Shown here: piece by piece, positions 8,973 through 18,394 of the stretch
Position numbering within the stretch: the stretch's first letter is position 1
Layout: each line of letters begins with the position of its first letter
DNA from: Spirochaetia bacterium
GTDB taxonomy: Bacteria; Spirochaetota; Spirochaetia; CADAEX01
NCBI GenBank assembly: GCA_963662795.1
Contig: OY759746.1
Span: 928,001-992,000 of the forward strand
DNA length: 64,000 bases
Direction of reading: 5' to 3'
Position numbers and translations under genes: made by a program
The notes under the pieces: generated by a model
Seen by the model: the letters and a program-made list of their open reading frames with translations, nothing else
What the model was told of the DNA's origin: nothing
Databases searched by the model: none

Positions 8973-9034
8973 GTATCCTCCTATTGACAGAGGCAGTTTC
9001 CTTAATATAGCATGTTCGCATTCTGAACATTAAA

Positions 9035-10471
9035 ATGAAAACACTATTATCAAGACGGTGGAACGAGCCGAACGGGTACAGGGAAATCCTGCTCCTGGCA
9101 ATCCCGCTTATAATAAGCACAGGCAGCTGGTCCATTCAAAGTTTTATTGACAGACTTTTTCTGGCATGGTACTCGACAGAATCAATTGCCGCGGCAATGC
9201 CGGCAGGTATTCTCAACTTTACATTCATGAGTTTCTTCATCGGAGCAGCAGGTTATATCACAACTTTTATAGCCCAGTATAAGGGAGCAGGATATCCCGA
9301 AAAAATCGGACCTGCGCTATGGCAGGGAATTTATCTTTCAGTTGCAGGGGGATTCGTAATAATGATGATAATCCCTCTGGCCCCGGCGTTATTTAAACTG
9401 GCAAATCATGATCCCGCAATACAAAAACTTGAAATTATCTATTTTACAATTCTATGTTACGGAGCGTTTCCCGCGATCGCAGCATCAGCACTTTCAGGGT
9501 TCCACTCAGGGTTGGGATTTACATGGCCGATTATGTGGGTCAACATTTCTGCCACCGCTTTTAACATATTATTTGACTATCTTCTGATTTTCGGCCATGC
9601 GGGATTTCCCGAGATGGGAATAAAAGGTGCTGCGATCGCGACAGCACTTTCAGGAGTTGTTTCTCTATCGCTTTACACCCTGATTATTTTTACAAAAGCC
9701 AATAACAGGATATACAATGTAATAAACGGTTTCCGGTTCGATAAAAAACTTTTTTACCGGCTCCTCAGATTCGGCGCTCCGAGCGGAGCGCAGTTTTTTC
9801 TCGACATTGTTGCATTCACCTTATTCATACTGTTTGTAGGGGTCCTTGGAAAGGATTCACTTGCAGCTACCAATATATCATTCTCAATTAATACAATAAC
9901 ATTTATGCCGATGCTGGGGCTCGGTATTGCTGTCTCTGTGCTGGTAGGGCAGAATCAGGGGCGGGATAGTCCTGACGGCTCGGTAAAATGCGTCTGGAAC
10001 GGTTTTCATCTTACGTTTGCCTATATGTCTTTCATGGCTTTGCTTCTTTTCACTATGCCGGATTTTTTTATCACACCGTTTCTTAAAAAAGCCGACCTGT
10101 CATCGGAGCTTGTGATAAGAGTAATCTGCCGGGTGCTGCTTAAGTATATTGCAGTTTACACACTGTTTGATTCTTTCAACATTCTTTTTGTTTCTGCTTT
10201 AAAGGGCGCTGGCGATACAAGGTTTGTAATGGTAAGCAATACAGCTCTCTCGATTTTTTTCCTTGTTCTTCCTTCCTGGTTTTTTATTTTTAAATTCGGC
10301 AAGGGGATATATGACGTATGGGGACTTGCCACGTTTTACATATGCTCCCTCGGGGTAAACTTTTTACTCCGGTTTCTTTCCGGCAAATGGAAAACGATGA
10401 AGGTGATTGAGGAAGCTCATATAATTATTCCCCCTGTAACGCCTCCCCAGATACCTCTAAATCTGGAGTAA
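9035..10471 (+). CDS. MATE family efflux transporter
   Basis: 12 TM segments; LAIPL, IDRLFL, LIFGHAGFPEMGIKGAAIAT and LKGAGDTR motifs. Confidence 0.93.
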   Translation: MKTLLSRRWNEPNGYREILLLAIPLIISTGSWSIQSFIDRLFLAWYSTESIAAAMPAGILNFTFMSFFIGAAGYITTFIAQYKGAGYPEKIGPALWQGIYLSVAGGFVIMMIIPLAPALFKLANHDPAIQKLEIIYFTILCYGAFPAIAASALSGFHSGLGFTWPIMWVNISATAFNILFDYLLIFGHAGFPEMGIKGAAIATALSGVVSLSLYTLIIFTKANNRIYNVINGFRFDKKLFYRLLRFGAPSGAQFFLDIVAFTLFILFVGVLGKDSLAATNISFSINTITFMPMLGLGIAVSVLVGQNQGRDSPDGSVKCVWNGFHLTFAYMSFMALLLFTMPDFFITPFLKKADLSSELVIRVICRVLLKYIAVYTLFDSFNILFVSALKGAGDTRFVMVSNTALSIFFLVLPSWFFIFKFGKGIYDVWGLATFYICSLGVNFLLRFLSGKWKTMKVIEEAHIIIPPVTPPQIPLNLE

Positions 10472-10595
10472 CATTATTTTAATAAAAGCATATCCGTATC
10501 AGATATTTTCACTTTACATTCCGCATCAACAGACAGACAGGCATCCTTGCGGCTTCAGGACAGGAGATTTTCAACAGATATTTGACTAATAAGCT

Positions 10596-11684
10596 TTAAT
10601 TGCTTTTTTCACTATTTTTTTTATTGTCATGCAAAAATTCCGGATAAAATTTTTTTTCGCAGTCAGGGCAGATACTGTGACTGAAGTCTGCCTCAGAGTG
10701 GGTTGATATATAGGATTCCAGCTGGTTCCAGTATCCCTTATCATCCCTGATTTTTTTACAGTGAGCACATATAGGAAGAAGTCCTCCGAGTTTTTTTACC
10801 CTGCTTAATGCATCTTCAAGCTCTATAATAAGCTTTTCCTTTTCAAGCTCTGAACTCTTTCTTACAGCAATCTCTGCATTCAGCCTGCTATTGACAGCTC
10901 CGAGTTCCCTGAAGATCAACTCGTAGGGATATATTATCCCTGTCTGAATAATAGCCTTATAAATCAGGTAATATGAAAAAATTTTAAAATAGTGTCCTGC
11001 TATATTTGAAAAACCGTAGTTGCTTATATAAAACGCAAAAGCAAGTTCTGAAATCATGGTAAAAATAATTGACCAGAATATGAGCCTGTAGATATCTTCT
11101 TCAAAATTGTTTTTGCTCTTTTTTAAAAAAACAAGTGCAACAAAGAGTATAGCGCATATGATATATTCGCTTGTTATCTTAAAGGGGGTCTGCCCCGCTC
11201 CTTCTATAAAGCATACAGGAAAAATCTTCCATGTAAAAACGGTAAGGATTATGAGAGCAGTAGAAATAAAATAAATCAAAAGCAGCAGATTCAGATTGAC
11301 TTTACGCTTTTCTCCCAGCATAAAGAACGCAAACAGGAGGGTAAGGCTTTCCATGCAGCGGGTGGCTATCCAGAGTTGGTTTGCATAATAATCATAATCC
11401 GTAAAAATATTCATCCCGTGATAAGCAAGCGTATGAAGAAGGTCGAGAAAGGATATAAATAAATATGCAATTCCGATTATGAGCAGATATTGATTATTTA
11501 TATACTTTCTTGAATTCAGGGTAATGATAAAAAGGGAAAACGCCACAACAATACTGAATATTTCAGCAAGTGTATGGAAAAGAAGATAACTGTACATTGT
11601 TGTAAGATAAAGGCCTGCAAGGACCATGACCTTAAGCAGGAAAACCTGTTTGCTTTTAAGTTCTGATGAAAAGATATTTATCAC
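10596..11684 (-). CDS. MASE3 membrane sensor fused to a short Cys/His (CxxC...HxxCxxC) cytoplasmic domain
   Basis: YLLFHTLAEIFSI, DLLHTLAYHGM, QLWIATR, GQTPFKITSEY and GHYFKIFSYY (MASE3), then a coiled coil, then LLPICAHCKKIRDDKGYWNQLESYISTHSEADFSHSICPDC. Confidence 0.85.
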   Translation of the reverse strand: MINIFSSELKSKQVFLLKVMVLAGLYLTTMYSYLLFHTLAEIFSIVVAFSLFIITLNSRKYINNQYLLIIGIAYLFISFLDLLHTLAYHGMNIFTDYDYYANQLWIATRCMESLTLLFAFFMLGEKRKVNLNLLLLIYFISTALIILTVFTWKIFPVCFIEGAGQTPFKITSEYIICAILFVALVFLKKSKNNFEEDIYRLIFWSIIFTMISELAFAFYISNYGFSNIAGHYFKIFSYYLIYKAIIQTGIIYPYELIFRELGAVNSRLNAEIAVRKSSELEKEKLIIELEDALSRVKKLGGLLPICAHCKKIRDDKGYWNQLESYISTHSEADFSHSICPDCEKKFYPEFLHDNKKNSEKSN

Positions 11685-12241
11685 AGCTGTTCCTCCTTCC
11701 TGTTTTCAAGAATCAGAAACTGCTTTCTTGCGGAGGCTGCTTTATCCTTAAGTCCAAGCTCATCATATGTGTCAGCAAGATTATACCATGCATCAAGGTG
11801 CTGCCTGTCAATTGCAACTGCTTTTTCAAAACAATCCCTTGCCTCATTAATATTTTCTGTAACAAACTTAAGCACTCCGAGCCTGTTCCAGTATTCGCCG
11901 TTCTCTTTTTCTGCTTCAGACGCTGTCAGATAATATTTTTCCGACTTTCCATAGAGGGATGCCTCGAAACAGGCAAGGCCGCAGTCAAGGGCAAGTTTCC
12001 CCCTGTCCGGCCCGTCAGCTTCAGTATCCGGACCTGCTGGAGCATGGGCAAGAGCTTTATCAAACCATTTAACCGCCTCTTCCTTTTCTCCTTTTTTTAA
12101 GAGCGCAAAGCCGATGTTATAGCATATAAGCGGGTCGCCCGGTGATATTTCGAGTGCCTGCCTGAAATATTTTTCCGCAGTATCATAATCACCGGAAGAT
12201 GAAGCTTCTGCCCCGAGATTGTTTAAATATATTTTATCCAT
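11681..12241 (-). CDS. tetratricopeptide repeat protein
   Basis: Repeated TPR patterns (YLNNLG...A..YF.QALEI.P; YWNRLG; AWYNLA). Confidence 0.88.
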   Translation of the reverse strand: MDKIYLNNLGAEASSSGDYDTAEKYFRQALEISPGDPLICYNIGFALLKKGEKEEAVKWFDKALAHAPAGPDTEADGPDRGKLALDCGLACFEASLYGKSEKYYLTASEAEKENGEYWNRLGVLKFVTENINEARDCFEKAVAIDRQHLDAWYNLADTYDELGLKDKAASARKQFLILENRKEEQL

Positions 12242-13620
12242 TATCCATCTCCTTTTTGCCTGTCATTGCTCATAAGCTCAGAGACGGCAGAGGATTCCTT
12301 TTCAGGGTAAAGATAATAACATATAAAGGAAAAGACAAAAAACAGGGCGGCAAAAAGTGATGTCCTGTATATTCCCGAAACTTCAGGCTTATCTGGAACT
12401 TCCGTAAGCATACTTACAAAAGAATGACCTGCCCCGGAAACAAGGATAAGAGGAAGAACAGCTATTGATACCATAAAAGCCATTTTAAGAAAAAACCCCT
12501 GTATTCCGAAAAATACGCCCTCTATCTGTTTGCCTGTGGATGAAGAGACTGAAGCGCTTATCTCGCTAAGCATTGCCGGCGGAAAGATAAACGCAGCTCC
12601 TGCAACAGGGATGCCGCAGAGGGCAAATATCATAAATCCTGATTCGGCAGGAAGCAGTTTCCCGACCTGAAAAAGTAATATGGAAAACAAAAAAAGCATG
12701 GCCAGAAAGATGAGCATAAGTTTTCTGTATCCTGTTCTGGAGGCAATCCTGTTGATCGGGACAAAGCAGAGCGCTGAGACGCCGAAGAGCAGAGCCGACG
12801 CGGTTGTAATGGATGCGGGATTTTTTCCCATAATATCCGTAACAAAATAATTAAGCGATGCCCGCAGTATGTTAAAACCGATAAAGAAAAAAAGGAGCCC
12901 GCCGAGATAATAGATAAATGCCCTGTCCTTAAAAACTGTTTTAAGCGAAGATTTCAGATCAGATTCCGAAGTCCTGCCGCCGGAATATTTCCTCTCGTTT
13001 ACCGTAAAAGAGGTGACAAATAGCCCTGCTACGGCAAATAACGACAGCATAATCACCATAAGACGGAGACCTTTCTCATCATCTCCGTTTCCGAGGATTG
13101 AAATCAGGATGCCGGGAAGTATCATGGCAACTGCCGTATAAAAAAGCCGGAAAACAGCCTGCCAGGTTGAAAGATTCAGCCTGTCCTGCCGGCCGGAAGA
13201 TAGTTCAGGGATAAGGGCGTTGTAAGGGGCGCCCACTATTGTATAGAAAATGAAAAACAGGCTTCCTGTTGATGCAAGATAGTAAAACGAAACAGCCCCG
13301 CCCGCTTTCGGGGGATAAAAAAAGGCTATTGTGCAAAGGGCAAGGGGGACTGTCCCTGCAAAAACAAAAGGTATCCTTCTGCCCCACTTTGTGGAAACCC
13401 TGTCAGACCAGTGGCCGACAAGGGGATCAGAAACCATGTCGACAAAACGTGAAATTACAAGTGCAAGCGCTATCAGGACCGGGGAGAGAAACGGCCGGAA
13501 ACTGAACCGCTCCGGTGGCAGATAGTAGGTAAGTACCCACTGGGCGAATATCTGGTCAAAAACAGCATAACTTACACCGACTCCATAGAGCACCTGCAGG
13601 GAAAGGGGCAGTTTTTTCAT
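12241..13620 (-). CDS. MFS transporter, glycoside-pentoside-hexuronide (MelB-like) type
   Basis: DMVSDPLVGHWSDR-x-x-TKWGRRIPF and PYNALIPEL motifs; ATG at 13620 preferred over 13656. Confidence 0.88.
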   Translation of the reverse strand: MKKLPLSLQVLYGVGVSYAVFDQIFAQWVLTYYLPPERFSFRPFLSPVLIALALVISRFVDMVSDPLVGHWSDRVSTKWGRRIPFVFAGTVPLALCTIAFFYPPKAGGAVSFYYLASTGSLFFIFYTIVGAPYNALIPELSSGRQDRLNLSTWQAVFRLFYTAVAMILPGILISILGNGDDEKGLRLMVIMLSLFAVAGLFVTSFTVNERKYSGGRTSESDLKSSLKTVFKDRAFIYYLGGLLFFFIGFNILRASLNYFVTDIMGKNPASITTASALLFGVSALCFVPINRIASRTGYRKLMLIFLAMLFLFSILLFQVGKLLPAESGFMIFALCGIPVAGAAFIFPPAMLSEISASVSSSTGKQIEGVFFGIQGFFLKMAFMVSIAVLPLILVSGAGHSFVSMLTEVPDKPEVSGIYRTSLFAALFFVFSFICYYLYPEKESSAVSELMSNDRQKGDG

Positions 13621-13655
13621 AGAAAAGATATTACATTTTAAGGAGAATCTGCGCA

Positions 13656-13746
13656 ATGCCAGCTGCCGCTACGGTTGGGGTTGGGATTGCGGCTTCAGCT
13701 GCGGCTGCATCAGCGGTTACGGTTATGGGTATGGCTGCGGGGGGGA
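13656..13746. repeat. GC-rich low-complexity tract with roughly 6-nt periodicity
   Basis: gccagctgccgctacggttggggttgggattgcggcttcagctgcggctgcatcagcggttacggttatgggtatggctgcggggggg, in the usp-MFS intergenic region. Confidence 0.45.
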
Positions 13747-13858
13747 GTTTTCTGCCTGAAAAGCGGCAGTGCAAAAAGGGAAATTTCAGGGATTCACCCG
13801 GGACAGAGCTTTCCTTAAGCAGAATATTGAGTAGAATGCAGGCAGCTGCCTGTTGCTC

Positions 13859-14272
13859 TCATGGATTTCCTCTTATCATGATAATCGGGACTGAAACCGT
13901 GTGTTTAAGGTGGTCGGATATACTGCCAAATAAAATATCAGATAACATCTTGTGCCCATGGGTTGCAAGTGCAATAAGGTCATATTTACCTGTATCAATT
14001 TCTTTCACCAATTCAACTTCAGGTTCTCCACTTAATAAAAGAATATTTGTTTTTACCGATTTTTTTTCAAATAGAGTGAGATAATCACTCATACATTTAT
14101 CAGCTTTATCTTTTAATGCTGTATCCTGATCAATCGTATGGGAATGAATCACATGAGTAAGCGTGACTACAGCATTCCCACAAGAGGCTATTTTTTCTAT
14201 AATCTGAATTATTGCATTGTCAACAGGCGAACAATCAACCAGTAGCATGATATTATTAAATAAACAATTCAT
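13859..14272 (-). CDS. universal stress protein (UspA family)
   Basis: NIMLLVDCS, GEPEVELV, DLIALATHGH and LFGSISD motifs; ATGA overlap with mntH. Confidence 0.9.
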   Translation of the reverse strand: MNCLFNNIMLLVDCSPVDNAIIQIIEKIASCGNAVVTLTHVIHSHTIDQDTALKDKADKCMSDYLTLFEKKSVKTNILLLSGEPEVELVKEIDTGKYDLIALATHGHKMLSDILFGSISDHLKHTVSVPIIMIRGNP

Positions 14273-15537
14273 TTCATACCTCCAGTTATTGTTGAGAATA
14301 GTAAAAAGAGATTTAAACCAATTATTAAAATAGAAATAGACAAAGAAATAAGGAATTCCGGAAGGTTACTTCGAAATACTGTCATTATTTTTTTTCTCCG
14401 GCAAAGAATAACAAGCGGAATAAGTGTAAAGGGAAGTTGAATACTTAAAATTACCTGACTAAAAATAAGAATTTTATAAGTATCAATCCCTATTAAAATA
14501 ATAAGAAATGACGGAACAGCGGTAATGAAAGTGGCTATTTTATAGAGTAGTGTTTTAGGGTCTTCAGGCTGATTGAGAAAACCTGTTATTACATTTACCT
14601 CGGCCATTGATGAAGTTATAGAGGATCCCACGCCTGCAAAAACGAGTGCAACAGAAAACAGGAATACAGCAAGAGGGCCGGCCAGAGGTGCAAGAGTTAA
14701 AGATGCCGATTCAATACTGGTTACAATCACCTTATTTGAATGGAACACCCTGGCTGCAACTATAATCATTGATGCATTTACAATAAGACCGAGAAACATA
14801 GCAGATATAGTATCAAGTTTTTCATACTTAAGCAGTGACATTTTTTTCTCATCCGTAATTCCCCATTCCCGGGAATGAATAACGTTAGCATGAAGGAAGA
14901 TGTTATGCGGCATAACTACAGCTCCAAGAATTGCCATAGCTATATAAATGCTTGATCTATTTAAATGGGGGATAAATAATGAAGGAAGAACCTCTTGCCA
15001 TTCGGGTTTAACAATAACAATTTCCATGACATAACAAAGTGCAATAATTCCAAGAAACCCAATTATTATTCGCTCGAGATGATGATATCGCTGCCCGACA
15101 ATAAGAAAAACTTCCAGAAATACTGTAATTAGTGCTCCGACCCAAAGGGGAAATCCAAAAAGAAGGTAGAACCCTATTGCGCCACCCAAGAGTTCAGCAA
15201 TATCAGTTGCAACACATGCTGCTATTATAGTAGTTCCCAGTAAAAATGAAACTGGTTTAGAAAAGCCTTCCCTGATGTTGACAGCAAGCGATTTTCCCGT
15301 CGCAATACCAAGTTTTGCAGCCATATTCTGAATAACTATCAGGATTAATGTACTGAGCGTTATAACCCACAGAAGACTATAGCCAAATGAAGAGCCGCCT
15401 TCAATATTTGTTGCCCAGTTCCCCGGATCAATAAATCCAACAGTGATTAAAAATCCTGGACCAAGGAATGTAAATATTTTTTTATGTTTTTCAGAAATTT
15501 TCAAATTATTTTTCCTGCATTGAATACCGTTTATCAA
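14269..15537 (-). CDS. mntH: Nramp family divalent metal (Mn2+/Fe2+) transporter
   Basis: GFIDPGNWATN and GAVVMPHNIFLH signature motifs, SQVILSIQLPF; the true start may be the TTG at 15504. Confidence 0.93.
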   Translation of the reverse strand: MINGIQCRKNNLKISEKHKKIFTFLGPGFLITVGFIDPGNWATNIEGGSSFGYSLLWVITLSTLILIVIQNMAAKLGIATGKSLAVNIREGFSKPVSFLLGTTIIAACVATDIAELLGGAIGFYLLFGFPLWVGALITVFLEVFLIVGQRYHHLERIIIGFLGIIALCYVMEIVIVKPEWQEVLPSLFIPHLNRSSIYIAMAILGAVVMPHNIFLHANVIHSREWGITDEKKMSLLKYEKLDTISAMFLGLIVNASMIIVAARVFHSNKVIVTSIESASLTLAPLAGPLAVFLFSVALVFAGVGSSITSSMAEVNVITGFLNQPEDPKTLLYKIATFITAVPSFLIILIGIDTYKILIFSQVILSIQLPFTLIPLVILCRRKKIMTVFRSNLPEFLISLSISILIIGLNLFLLFSTITGGMK

Positions 15538-15624
15538 AGTATTATTTTAAATTATATAATAGTCAAATATAATAGATTATCAGAGAAATATCATCTCAAG
15601 GTAAATACTTCCTGTCGGATTCAC

Positions 15625-15663
15625 AAAAAAAATCCCGGCCACCCTGTTTCAGGAAGCCGGGTA
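15625..15663 (-). terminator. rho-independent terminator of the NSS transporter gene
   Basis: Minus strand CCCGGCTTCCTG-AAA-CAGGGTGGCCGGG followed by ATTTTTTTT. Confidence 0.8.
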
Positions 15664-15687
15664 TGAATGTCAAAGTTGTTTTAGTAA

Positions 15688-17070
15688 TCAGCTGAAAAAT
15701 TTATCAATATATCCCTGAATAAATACAACAATCATGATAGCCGGAATAACATACTTTACATACGGCTTAATCCACTGGGGGAATTTAGTCCCTACTCCCG
15801 CGTTAGCCTCTTCAATAAAATTGTCCCAGCCCCATCCTGCCTTGTAGCAGCAGAAGAAAACAAATATCATCGAACCGATAGGGAGAAGATTGTTGCTTAC
15901 GATAAAATCTTCAAGATCCAGTACTATTGTGCCGGCTCCAAGAGGAGCGAATGAACTCCACAAATTGAAACCGAGCGCACACGGAATTGAAAGGAGGAAC
16001 ATGGCGATACCGTTAATAACAGCACCTTTCTTCCTTGACCATCCCCATTCATCAATAGTAAACGCCATAATATTTTCAAATACGGCAATTACCGTAGTCA
16101 TGGCGGCAAAACTCATGAAAAGAAAGAACAGAGATCCCCAGAGTCTTCCTGCAGCCATTGTATTGAATATATTCGGAAGGGTTACAAATACAAGACCCGG
16201 CCCTGCGCCCGGATCCTGGTTAAAGGCAAAACATGCCGGGAAAATAATCATACCAGCCAAAAGCGCGACTGAAGTATCAAGAAGCATGATGTTGATTGAC
16301 TCACCTGTAAGAGATCTTTCCTTGCCGATATAACTACCAAAGATAAGCATACTGCCGATACCGAGACTCAGGGTAAAGAAAGCCTGTCCCATTGCGGCAT
16401 ATATAGCTTCCCAGAGTCCTGTTTCCGCAAGTTTTCCGAAATCCGGCATCAGGTAGAAAGCAAGCCCTTTACCGGCACCGGGAAGGGTTACAGACCTGAA
16501 TACAAGGATTATAAGGATAATAAAGAGCCCTCCCATCATCAGTTTGGTTACCTTCTCCACACCTTTCTGGAGGCCTATGGAGCAGACAATAAAACCGAGG
16601 ACGACAGCGAGCAGCATCCAGAAAACAAGAGCGCCCGGCTGACCCAGAAATCCTCCGAAATAACCCCCGACCTGATCAGGTGTCAAACCGGCAAGATCGC
16701 CTTTTACCATAAAGAAAAAGTAGGCCAGCATCCATCCGGCAATAGTTGTATAGAACATCATTAAAACAAGGTTACCGATGATAGCAAAATATCCGTATAA
16801 ATGCCATTTTGATCCCTTCGGTTCAAGGGCCTTTAATGCACCTGCGATATTCTTCTGACCTGCCCTGCCGATGGAAAACTCCATTACCATAATGGGAAGG
16901 CCCAGAATGACAAGAAAGACCAGATAAATTACAACGAAGGCAGCCCCGCCGTATTTACCTGTGATGTATGGGAATCTCCATACATTGCCGAGTCCTATTG
17001 CGCAGCCTGCAGAAAGAAGAAGAAATCCCAGCCTGCTGGCAAGATGCTCTCTTTGAACTTCATTACTCAA
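15688..17070 (-). CDS. sodium-dependent transporter, neurotransmitter:sodium symporter (NSS/SLC6) family, likely an amino-acid importer
   Basis: GCAIGLGNVWRFPY, GQAFFTLSLG and GPGLVFVTLP motifs; TTG start with AGGAGG RBS. Confidence 0.93.
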   Translation of the reverse strand: MSNEVQREHLASRLGFLLLSAGCAIGLGNVWRFPYITGKYGGAAFVVIYLVFLVILGLPIMVMEFSIGRAGQKNIAGALKALEPKGSKWHLYGYFAIIGNLVLMMFYTTIAGWMLAYFFFMVKGDLAGLTPDQVGGYFGGFLGQPGALVFWMLLAVVLGFIVCSIGLQKGVEKVTKLMMGGLFIILIILVFRSVTLPGAGKGLAFYLMPDFGKLAETGLWEAIYAAMGQAFFTLSLGIGSMLIFGSYIGKERSLTGESINIMLLDTSVALLAGMIIFPACFAFNQDPGAGPGLVFVTLPNIFNTMAAGRLWGSLFFLFMSFAAMTTVIAVFENIMAFTIDEWGWSRKKGAVINGIAMFLLSIPCALGFNLWSSFAPLGAGTIVLDLEDFIVSNNLLPIGSMIFVFFCCYKAGWGWDNFIEEANAGVGTKFPQWIKPYVKYVIPAIMIVVFIQGYIDKFFS

Positions 17071-17102
17071 TTGACACCTCCTGAAAATATTTTTAACATT
17101 TA

Positions 17103-17155
17103 ATTTTAATTCAGTAGTATTCGGCTGTCAACAATTTTTACCATATCATATTTGG
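17103..17155 (-). promoter_or_regulatory. promoter of the NSS transporter with conserved regulatory motif (copy 1)
   Basis: Minus strand TTGACA (17131-17126)-N17-TAAAAT (17108-17103); TATTCGGCTGTCAA is identical to 23551-23564. Confidence 0.7.
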
Positions 17156-17183
17156 AGTTATACAAATTATAAGAAATAATATC

Positions 17184-17651
17184 CTAGTTATTTAAATAAA
17201 TAGCTGTTTCTGATTTTATTGTGGACAGTACAAAAAGGGTGCTTATCTTCCCGACATGGGGTATGACGGCCAGTTTTTCAAGAGCAACAACTTCATAATT
17301 TTTTATACTGTCGGTAGCAACCTTAAGCAGATAATCCTTGTCTCCCGAGATATGATAACACTCAAGGACTTCAGGTATCTTTATAATATCATGATTAAAA
17401 CGCTTGATAGTTTCAGCAGAATGATCATTCATGGATATTTCAACAAAAGCAATAATCCCCTTGCCTATTTTTTCAGAATCAACCAACGCAACATATTTTT
17501 TTATAATCCCTGTCTTCTCAAGCTTCTTGACCCGTTCAAGAGTACTTGCAGGCGCAAGACCTATTCTCTTGGCAAGTTCAGCATTTGTAATTGCCCCGTC
17601 TTTCTGGAGGATATTCAATATCTGCCTGTTTGTTTCATCAATTTTGCTCAT
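17184..17651 (-). CDS. Lrp/AsnC family transcriptional regulator
   Basis: LQKDGAITNAELAKRIGLAPASTLERVKKLE HTH; PEVLECYHISGDKDYLLKV effector domain. Confidence 0.95.
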   Translation of the reverse strand: MSKIDETNRQILNILQKDGAITNAELAKRIGLAPASTLERVKKLEKTGIIKKYVALVDSEKIGKGIIAFVEISMNDHSAETIKRFNHDIIKIPEVLECYHISGDKDYLLKVATDSIKNYEVVALEKLAVIPHVGKISTLFVLSTIKSETAIYLNN

Positions 17652-17725
17652 AATCCATATTTTATACGTGAAATTATAAAAAAGCTATTAAAAAATATGT
17701 TCCGCGGCATTTAATCAAACGCCGG

Positions 17726-18394
17726 TTATTTTTTCAAAATCATGACACAGTCCAGAGCTGTCCATACCCCGCCGGAGAAAACAAGGGGATTAATATCAAG
17801 CTGGTTCAGAGCGCCGTTAAATGCATCAATCAGTCTGCTTACTTTTGAGACAATCCCTGCCAGGGAATAAAGGTCGAGAGTACTTCCCCTGTAGCCTTCA
17901 AGGACCGGCGAAATTCTGAGCTCGCGGAGCATTCTCACAGCTTCATCTTCCGTACATGGGCAGAGGCGGAAAACAGCATCTTCATAAAGCTCTGTCAGAA
18001 TTCCCCCGGCACCTGCCATTATAGCGGGGCCGAAAACAGGATCCACAAGTCCCCCGAGAATAAATTCAGATCCGGTAATTCTGCACATTGTCTCGGCAAG
18101 AAGGGGAGAGCCGGGGAAACGGCCTTCCAGTTCTTTTTTTACAGCCGGGAAACTTTCTCCTGTTACATTGAGGATTACCCCGCCGTGTTCAGTTTTATGC
18201 AGAATTGCAGGATCGCAGACTTTTAAAACAAGGGGAAAGGAAAACTCATCCGGGGAGAGTGATTCATCCGGCATGATACGCCTTCCTTCAGGGACAGGAA
18301 TACCGGCCAGTTTAAGAAGATTCTTTGCTTCCCATTCATCAGGTGAGCCTTCAACACGGAGATTTTCAACCCAGCGGGAAACCATGTCTTTCAT
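17726..18394 (-). CDS. ADP-forming acyl-CoA synthetase beta subunit (ATP-grasp)
   Basis: EAKNLL...GIPVP, FPLVLK, HKTEHGGV, DPVFGP and LDINPL motifs. Confidence 0.88.
   Translation of the reverse strand: MKDMVSRWVENLRVEGSPDEWEAKNLLKLAGIPVPEGRRIMPDESLSPDEFSFPLVLKVCDPAILHKTEHGGVILNVTGESFPAVKKELEGRFPGSPLLAETMCRITGSEFILGGLVDPVFGPAIMAGAGGILTELYEDAVFRLCPCTEDEAVRMLRELRISPVLEGYRGSTLDLYSLAGIVSKVSRLIDAFNGALNQLDINPLVFSGGVWTALDCVMILKK

Noticed and set aside
13656-14084. 142-aa Ala-rich ORF on the + strand
   Set aside because: Antisense to usp and derived from the low-complexity tract; no recognisable motif
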